A DNA stretch of 64,000 bases. Source: Tannerellaceae bacterium. GTDB lineage: Bacteria > Bacteroidota > Bacteroidia > Bacteroidales > CAMTPD01. Shown piece by piece: positions 57,521-64,000 of this stretch. The notes under the pieces are model-generated. The model was not told the DNA's origin, searched no databases, and saw only the letters and a list, made by a program, of their open reading frames with translations. The first letter of the stretch is position 1, and each line of letters begins with the position of its first letter. The position numbers and the translations under genes were made by a program. The stretch lies in NCBI GenBank assembly GCA_051660585.1, contig JBOFPV010000136.1:16177-80176 (forward strand), read 5' to 3'.

Positions 57521-59122
57521 TTAACTGTTGTCCAGTGACATACTTACTAATGGTAAGTGTAGCTTTTCAAGATCGGCCGAATCTAATTCAAGCACAATTT
57601 GATCGTTCTTTTCTAATGTAACGTTGCTGTTGAAGTCTATTTTTTCGTTGTTGCGATATACTTCTACTACAATGCATCCATTCGGTAGTTTCAAAGTGTT
57701 GTGGTCTTTGCCTTCAAGGTATGAATTACTGTTGACTTGAAGGTCCATGGTTGTACGGGCCGGATATTTACTCGCATTTTCATTGATCATGAAGTCATAT
57801 AGCTTCTTATTCATCGGTACCACACCGATAAGCTCGGTGATGTAATATGTAAAGACTCCGACAATAAGAGTTGCAAAGAAAACATCGTAATGTCCCGTCA
57901 TTTCACTAATTAGAATAAAACCTGTGAGAGGCATGCGAACTACAGATATAAAGCATGCCGACATTCCTATTAATGTAAAATAACCTAGACTTTCGGCCGA
58001 GACAATGCCTAGTTTTATAAGAGCAAGCGTGAAGAAGTTGCCAGCTAAACCTCCTACTGTCATCATAGGAAGAAAGACCCCTCCCGGAAAGTAAGTAGCA
58101 GCCGATACGGTAGTGAAAACCATCATTAGCAGTACCATAAACCCAATGAAAATGATGTTGGGATTTGCCTGTGCAGTCTCTTGGATCATAAAGTTTTGAT
58201 CTCCTCCAATTACGGTGGGATATACAAATCCGATGCTCCATGTAAGAAGTGTCAGGTAGGCAAGTCTTTCATAAATAGATGTGTTAGAGCGTTGGAATAT
58301 CTTTTTTGAATAAAGTAATAAATGGGAGAATCCTTTGCCTAAAATAGACATGAATATGGCCATTGCAAAAAAGATTAAGAGTAGCTTTTCGAAACTAACA
58401 TCCGGGGCAGCAACAATAATATTATCGTATATATTGTTGGGAACAAAGATCTGTGCTAGGATGCCCGCCGTGGCTCCGGCGAGTAGTGTGGAGATGGTCG
58501 TTTTTGCCGCATTGAATTTTTCTAATGATTCAATAACAAGCATAGAGGATGCGAGTGGTGCCGTAAATGCCGCAGCAACGCCTGCTCCGGCACCTGCAGC
58601 AATTAAATGGCGTTGTTCGCCGATCCTAACTTTAAACTTACTGGCTGCCCAGTTGCCAACAAACGATCCCATTTGTACCGATGGCCCCTCACGCCCCAAA
58701 GATAGGCCGACGCCAATGCTTGCTACCCCTCCGATAAACTTCACAAATAAATGGTCAAATATTCGATCGTATTTCATCCTTCCATAAATCAGAGCTTGGG
58801 TTTGTGGGATGCCACTACCACCGAGCGATGGATATTTCTGTGTTAGTTTATAGATTCCTACAATAATAATATACATCGATATCAGTAATAGTGGGTGATA
58901 ATAGGCCGGACTGTCATGACTAAATAACTGTTCTCTTATTATTGCAGCTTCGGATACAAGCATTCGAAAAGGAATACATACGGCAGCAGTAATAATTCCT
59001 ACAACAATACCTAATGCGTAGATGCGGGTGTCTAATATGGTGTCAAAAAATTGTTTTGCTTTTTCTGTGCCAATTAGGTGGCTTATTCTATTTTTTATTC
59101 TGGGCATAGATTGATTTTTCAT
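57521..59122 (-). CDS. ClC-family chloride channel / H+:Cl- exchanger with C-terminal TrkA_C (RCK_C)-like domain
   Basis: GGSGIPQ, GREGPSVQ and GGVFLPMM selectivity-filter motifs. The C-terminal roughly 80 aa (LEGKDHNTLKLPNGCIVVEVYRNNEKI...NDQIVLEL) are TrkA_C-like. Start is uncertain: ATG at 59122 or 59107, or TTG at 59152. Confidence 0.8.
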   Translation of the reverse strand: MKNQSMPRIKNRISHLIGTEKAKQFFDTILDTRIYALGIVVGIITAAVCIPFRMLVSEAAIIREQLFSHDSPAYYHPLLLISMYIIIVGIYKLTQKYPSLGGSGIPQTQALIYGRMKYDRIFDHLFVKFIGGVASIGVGLSLGREGPSVQMGSFVGNWAASKFKVRIGEQRHLIAAGAGAGVAAAFTAPLASSMLVIESLEKFNAAKTTISTLLAGATAGILAQIFVPNNIYDNIIVAAPDVSFEKLLLIFFAMAIFMSILGKGFSHLLLYSKKIFQRSNTSIYERLAYLTLLTWSIGFVYPTVIGGDQNFMIQETAQANPNIIFIGFMVLLMMVFTTVSAATYFPGGVFLPMMTVGGLAGNFFTLALIKLGIVSAESLGYFTLIGMSACFISVVRMPLTGFILISEMTGHYDVFFATLIVGVFTYYITELIGVVPMNKKLYDFMINENASKYPARTTMDLQVNSNSYLEGKDHNTLKLPNGCIVVEVYRNNEKIDFNSNVTLEKNDQIVLELDSADLEKLHLPLVSMSLDNS

Positions 59123-59263
59123 TAGACTTTTAATTATTGATATAACAAGCAATATGTGTAGTCTTAGTGTGAAAAAAGAATAATAGATTGTATTTGTTTA
59201 TTTTGCAACAAATGAAAATCACGAGATGTTATTAAGAAAGTAGTTTAACAAAATAATTATGTT

Positions 59264-59605
59264 ATGGAAGAACAATATCACGAACCAGTCAAGGAGATGA
59301 GTCCTGCCGCAAGAGACAGAGCGAAAGCATTTAAAAGTTTGATTGAAGAAATTGAAGCTGTTGATTGGTATGATCAAAGATGTGCTGTCGAAACCGACCC
59401 GGAATTAAGAGAAATCTTAATTCATAATCGAAATGAAGAGATTGAACATGCAACAATGCTTCTTGAATGGATTCGTCGAAAAATGCCTGAAGCATTTGAC
59501 CCTCAGTTGAAGAAGTATTTGTTTACTGCTAAAAATATTGTCGAGCTTGAAGACGAAGGTGATGAAGAGTCGACAGGAGGATTGAAAATAGGAAAATTAA
59601 AATAA
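59264..59605 (+). CDS. Encapsulated ferritin (EncFtn) cargo protein with C-terminal encapsulin-targeting peptide
   Basis: IEEIEAVDWYDQR and HNRNEEIEHATMLLEWIRR (Glu/Tyr/ExxH ferroxidase residues). Acidic linker, then GGLKIGKLK resembling the GSLGIGSLK loading peptide. Confidence 0.85.
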   Translation: MEEQYHEPVKEMSPAARDRAKAFKSLIEEIEAVDWYDQRCAVETDPELREILIHNRNEEIEHATMLLEWIRRKMPEAFDPQLKKYLFTAKNIVELEDEGDEESTGGLKIGKLK

Positions 59606-59617
59606 GGAGATTATACA

Positions 59618-60403
59618 ATGGATTTCTTAAAAAGAAGTTTGGCTCCAATCTCATCTGAAGGTTGGAAGTTTATCGACGAAAGAGCAGGCGAAGTTATCAA
59701 AGCAAATTTGTCGGCTCGTCGTTTTGCTACGGTTGTAGGACCAATGGGGCAAAATACCGAAGCGGTAGGAACCGGTAAAATGCAGATTTATACCAAAGGT
59801 GAATCTCAGTTTGGAGTATACAAAGTGCAGCCGCTGGTAGAACAACGCATTCATTTTAAAATGAATCGTTGGGATTTGGATAATGTAGACCGAGGAGCTA
59901 AGGATATAGATACATCTTCCTTGGATGCTGCTGTAAAGAAAGCTGCGTTATTTGAGGAAGCTGCAATCTATGAAGGATTGGAGGAAGCCGGTATTGCAGG
60001 ATTGCTTCATTCGACAGAGCACGAAGCTTTGGATTTTGGAAAGACCTTTGATGAAACAATGAGTTCATTGGTGTGTGCAACTTCTATCTTGAAACGTTCT
60101 TTTGTGGATGCACCTTACGCTTTGATAATAAGCCCTGATAAATGGAGTTATTTAAATTTGATTGGAAAGGATTCTGGTTTTATCAAACATATCAGTGAAA
60201 GTCTTCACATTAAGATTGTTGTAAGTAATAATATCAAAAATGCTTACTTGGTTCCGATCGATAACGAAAACATCGAAATTACGCTAGGACAAGACTTTGC
60301 TTTAGGTTTTCAAAGTTATACAAGTAAAGAAGTGGAGTTATTCGTAACATCAAGCTTTACATTTAGAGTTTTAGACTCGTCTTTTGTTGTAGTTTTTAAG
60401 TAG
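59618..60403 (+). CDS. Family 1 encapsulin shell protein (HK97 fold; 'linocin M18')
   Basis: N-terminal MDFLKRSLAPISSEGWKFIDERA is collinear with T. maritima encapsulin ([23 protein letters not shown]). C-terminal LGQDFALGF...ELFVTSSFTFRVL. 261 aa, starting 12 nt after the EncFtn stop. Confidence 0.9.
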   Translation: MDFLKRSLAPISSEGWKFIDERAGEVIKANLSARRFATVVGPMGQNTEAVGTGKMQIYTKGESQFGVYKVQPLVEQRIHFKMNRWDLDNVDRGAKDIDTSSLDAAVKKAALFEEAAIYEGLEEAGIAGLLHSTEHEALDFGKTFDETMSSLVCATSILKRSFVDAPYALIISPDKWSYLNLIGKDSGFIKHISESLHIKIVVSNNIKNAYLVPIDNENIEITLGQDFALGFQSYTSKEVELFVTSSFTFRVLDSSFVVVFK

Positions 60404-60471
60404 TTGCGGATCGTGTGATCTGTGATTTTTATTTGTAAATTGTAGATTATAAGCGAAAGCTGTATGTTGTG

Positions 60472-60522
60472 CCCGTAAATAATGAATAAACGGTTTGTTT
60501 GTTCTTGTTTACGGGTTTTTTT
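60472..60522 (+). terminator. Hairpin plus T-run after the encapsulin gene
   Basis: cccgtaaa ... tttacggg (28-nt loop) followed by ttttttt. Confidence 0.5.
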
Positions 60523-61072
60523 ATTGTTCTTGTGTTAATTTGTAAGTCTAGAAATGTATGAAACAAAATGATAGGTAGATCGGTGTATTTTGCTACTCTT
60601 AACAAAATAGATTCGAGTAGCGTTTTTTTTAATATCATTTATTATCAGATAAATGAACAAAATTAACAGAGGTAGTGTAACCACATTCATTATTTTGTAT
60701 CTTTGCATCATAATATGATCGACAATGTTGGCCTGTGTGAATAAATATACAGATGAATAATTTTTCAAACACTAAACTGTAAGTGTTGAAAGTTGTAACG
60801 CCAATTTATGCAAAGTGTTTTTTTTGAAAAAGGATAACTAAAACTTTAATCTTAGCTTTATAAAGATTTATCTATAAAAGAATAGTATACCCCGGACTTA
60901 ACTTGACTTACAGATATGAGTTATAAGTTCTAAATAGTTTTATTTGATGTAAATCTTAGTTTAGATAAAGTTCCCTATATATTGTCATTAATTAATCATA
61001 CTGTCGTTGCGAAAACGTATAGTGTCATTTAACGCCAAGAAACTATTAATATCGAATAACTTAAACGCAAAA

Positions 61073-63652
61073 ATGAGTAGAACAGGTCTATTTTTCGTAC
61101 TGATTTTTTGCTGCTCTTCACTTTGTATGCCTCTTATGGCAAAAACAAAGAAGAACTCAGTAAAAGCCGATTCGTCGGCTGTTGAGAAGAACAAATATCA
61201 GGAACTTCTAAAGGATGCAGAAACAGACGAAGGTATGTTTCGTGTGCATAAAGTAAAAAGTGATTATTATTTCGAAATTCCGGACTCTTTATTGGGTCGC
61301 GATATTCTTATTGTAAATAAGGTGTCGGGTGTCCCTTTTGATTTGAATGATGCCGGATTGAATAAAGGGATGAACTATGAGAATAAAGTAATCCGCTTTC
61401 AAGCTGATACTGCTGCAAATAAGCTATGGGTAATGACGATTAACCCTATGATTACCGTAAAAGAAGATGATGCGATTGCCGCTTCGGTTAAAGATAATTT
61501 TACGGAATCTGTAATGGAAACCTTTGCGATTGACGCATACAATGCAGACTCTTCTGCTATTGTGGTGAAGATGAATAAGGTTTTTGATGGTTCAGAGAAA
61601 ACATTCAATGATTTATACAATGGTATTTCATTGGGCGGTTCTGTGAAAAAGGACTTTTCAAAGATTGAAGCAATCAAATCATTTCCAAATAACATTCTTG
61701 TAAAATCAATGTTGTCTACAACCTTTACAGAGGGTAGTAAGACGATTCCATTGAGTGTGCTTACAACCACAAACTTGGTATTGTTGTCTGAAAAGCCAAT
61801 GAAGCCACGTTTTGGAGATCCTCGTGTTGGATTCTTTACAACAGATCACTGGTATTTTAATGATGAGCAACAACAGGTAGAAAAACGTAAACTTGTAAAC
61901 CGCTGGAGACTTGAACCAAAACCAGAAGATTTGGAACGTTATAAAAAAGGAGAACTGGTTGAACCGGTAAAACCAATTGTGTTTTATGTTGATCCATCTA
62001 CTCCTAGGCAATGGAAGAAGTATATCATGGATGGTGTTACCGACTGGGATATTGCATTCCGTCAGGCAGGGTTCAAAAATGCAATTCAAGTAAAAGAGGT
62101 TACTGAAGAAGATGAGGATTTTGATCTTGATGATGTTCGTTACTCGGTAATTACATATGCAGCATCGGCTCGTGCCAATGCGATGGGTCCTTCTATTATT
62201 GATCCACGTTCGGGAGAGATTATAGAAGCAGATGTTGTATGGTGGCACAATGTAATGACGGCGATCCATTCGTGGTTGCGCGTTCAGTTAGGTGCTACTT
62301 ATCCCGAGTTTCGTTCAAATGTATTAGCAGAGAAGAGCATGGGAGAAGCCATTCGTTTTGTGTCTTCACATGAATTAGGTCATACATTCGGGATGACTCA
62401 TAACATGGGAGCTTCAAGTTCATATCCTGTAGATTCGCTCCGATCAGAGTCTTTCACTCAAAAGATGGGAACATCTTCGTCTATTATGGACTATGCTCGT
62501 TTCAATTATGTGGCTCAACCGGAAGACGGCGTAAGTTCTTTGAATCCGGTAGTTGGTATTTATGATAAGTTTGCTATCGAATGGGCATATCGTTACCTCG
62601 ATACAGCAACACCACAAGACGAACTTGTAATCTTGAATGATTGGATTCGCAAGCATGAAGATAATCCGTACTATTTCTATGGTGAAACACAAGATCCAAA
62701 GAACTGCATTGATCCACGTTCTCAATCAGAAGATTTAGGCGACGACGCAATCAAAGCAAGCCAATACGGTTTGGCTAACTTGAAAAGAATTGTACCGAAT
62801 ATTCCTGCGTGGACAGAAGCTGCCGGTGAAACATATTCTGAGTCAGGTAAACTGCTTATGGGAGTTGTAAACCAATGGCAAATGTATGCAGAGCATGTAA
62901 TGGCAAATGTTGGTGGTTACCATATCAATAATATCGTAAAAGGTAATGATATAAATCGCTATGTGCCGATTGTTGCATCCAAACAAAAAGAAGCTGTAAA
63001 ATACCTTCTTGATGAGGTATTTGTAATTCCAACGTGGTTATTTAATGATCCGGCTTGGGGCAAAAGCTATGCTATTCAGCAAGCACCAATGGGTGATGTG
63101 GAATATTCACCTTACAATGTAGCACGCGAACTTCAATACGCAACATTTTATAACTTGTTGAAAGACGAACGTTTGTTACGCATGTACGAAACAGAAGCTC
63201 AATTAGGTAAGAAAAATACCTATATGCCAGAGCAAATGTTTAATGATATTTATAACGTGATCTTCAAGGGTGCTGAGAAAGGAAATGACTTATCATTGTT
63301 TGAGAGAATGACACATAAGAATTTCCTTGATGCAATTATTGTTAGCTCGAACAAAGCAGTAGAAAAAACAACTAAAAAAGCGTTGCGTAACGAGCATGCT
63401 TGTCGTAGCAACTGTTGTACACTTGCTCAAGATATGCCTGCATTGAAAATGATGCCAAGACCAGACGTGGAAGCTACGAATCTTAACTATACAGCAATGA
63501 GCCGTGTATCAGAAGCTGTTTCTGTAAAGCGAGGCGTTTTATTTAGAGTACTTAAACTTGCTCAAAAACGTAAAAACAGCGGAGACGATGTTACTCGTAA
63601 TCACTATATGGATATTGAAGTGCGTATAAAGGAAGCACTTAATTTGCACTAA
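61073..63652 (+). CDS. Secreted zinc metalloprotease (DUF5117/DUF5118-type zincin)
   Basis: ATG at 61073 gives the signal peptide MSRTGLFFVLIFCCSSLCMPLMA. Contains HELGHTFGMTHN (HExxH...H). About 859 aa. Confidence 0.75.
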   Translation: MSRTGLFFVLIFCCSSLCMPLMAKTKKNSVKADSSAVEKNKYQELLKDAETDEGMFRVHKVKSDYYFEIPDSLLGRDILIVNKVSGVPFDLNDAGLNKGMNYENKVIRFQADTAANKLWVMTINPMITVKEDDAIAASVKDNFTESVMETFAIDAYNADSSAIVVKMNKVFDGSEKTFNDLYNGISLGGSVKKDFSKIEAIKSFPNNILVKSMLSTTFTEGSKTIPLSVLTTTNLVLLSEKPMKPRFGDPRVGFFTTDHWYFNDEQQQVEKRKLVNRWRLEPKPEDLERYKKGELVEPVKPIVFYVDPSTPRQWKKYIMDGVTDWDIAFRQAGFKNAIQVKEVTEEDEDFDLDDVRYSVITYAASARANAMGPSIIDPRSGEIIEADVVWWHNVMTAIHSWLRVQLGATYPEFRSNVLAEKSMGEAIRFVSSHELGHTFGMTHNMGASSSYPVDSLRSESFTQKMGTSSSIMDYARFNYVAQPEDGVSSLNPVVGIYDKFAIEWAYRYLDTATPQDELVILNDWIRKHEDNPYYFYGETQDPKNCIDPRSQSEDLGDDAIKASQYGLANLKRIVPNIPAWTEAAGETYSESGKLLMGVVNQWQMYAEHVMANVGGYHINNIVKGNDINRYVPIVASKQKEAVKYLLDEVFVIPTWLFNDPAWGKSYAIQQAPMGDVEYSPYNVARELQYATFYNLLKDERLLRMYETEAQLGKKNTYMPEQMFNDIYNVIFKGAEKGNDLSLFERMTHKNFLDAIIVSSNKAVEKTTKKALRNEHACRSNCCTLAQDMPALKMMPRPDVEATNLNYTAMSRVSEAVSVKRGVLFRVLKLAQKRKNSGDDVTRNHYMDIEVRIKEALNLH

Positions 63653-63698
63653 ACGACCCTTACTATAAATTAAACTTAAACGCACGCATTTCTAAACA

Positions 63699-64000
63699 AT
63701 GAGGAAATTTGTACTAGCCCTGGTTGCAGTAATTGTTCCTATGGTGATGTTCGCACAATCTGTACGAACGATTACAGGACAAGTTTTAGACAACGAAACG
63801 AAAGAGACGTTGATCGGAGCAACCGTATTTATTGATCCAAAAGATGGGATTGCATTAGACTACAATCCACAAGGGACTGTGGCTGATGCCGATGGTAAGT
63901 TTTCATTTACGTTGCCCAAGGAAGTAAAGCACGTAATTGTAAGTTACCTAGGTTACGAACCAAAGAAGATTGATATTTCAAAACAATCTACTTTTAAAGT
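63699..64000 (+). CDS. 5' part of a TonB-dependent receptor (SusC/RagA-like); runs off the window
   Basis: ATG at 63699, signal peptide MRKFVLALVAVIVPMVMFAQ, then a carboxypeptidase-regulatory-like domain (ITGQVLDNETKETLIGATVF...DGKFSF). No stop before the window end. Confidence 0.7.
   Translation, partial: MRKFVLALVAVIVPMVMFAQSVRTITGQVLDNETKETLIGATVFIDPKDGIALDYNPQGTVADADGKFSFTLPKEVKHVIVSYLGYEPKKIDISKQSTFK

Noticed and set aside
60447-60768. Small minus-strand ORFs (63 and 77 aa) in the AT-rich region after the encapsulin gene
   Set aside because: They are AT-driven, Ile/Lys/Asn/Tyr-rich, overlap each other and the predicted terminator, and have no start context or motif. A small membrane peptide cannot be excluded, but nothing supports one.

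Overview
Chromosomal segment that looks like Bacteroidota, Bacteroidales type. Supporting signs: tmRNA tag GENNYALAA, TAnnTTTG -7 promoter boxes, almost no Shine-Dalgarno sequences, a SusC-like TonB receptor, and the gene blocks lptC-like/ppiD/rlmN/DUF4837/pdxA and lptE/secG/tamB/tamA. I support about 52 protein genes, 4 tRNAs (two identical Tyr-GTA, Cys-GCA, Gly-TCC), one tmRNA, one cobalamin riboswitch ahead of nrdDG, and a set of hairpin terminators. I saw no integrase, transposase, phage gene or CRISPR array, and most of the window is housekeeping. Items worth follow-up: (1) A translationally coupled six-gene inositol-phosphate / CDP-alcohol lipid operon (8434-14075). It holds a nucleotidyltransferase, an unassigned ATP-grasp protein with an ITPK-like DxN-xP motif, a CDP-alcohol transferase with a shifted fourth Asp, an MprF-type flippase-like protein, a HAD member lacking Asp+2, and myo-inositol-1-phosphate synthase. 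This is my best candidate for an incompletely described system. (2) An encapsulated-ferritin plus family-1 encapsulin pair (59264-60403). (3) Directly beside it, a physically clustered acid-resistance set: gadC, gadB and a ClC with a TrkA_C tail. (4) Two inverted copies of a 4-unit, 44-bp-period hairpin repeat array (7932-8089 and 47452-47609). (5) A tRNA-Gly(UCC) with a covarying A19:U56 elbow pair. All family assignments come from motif recognition by eye and memory; no searches were run.
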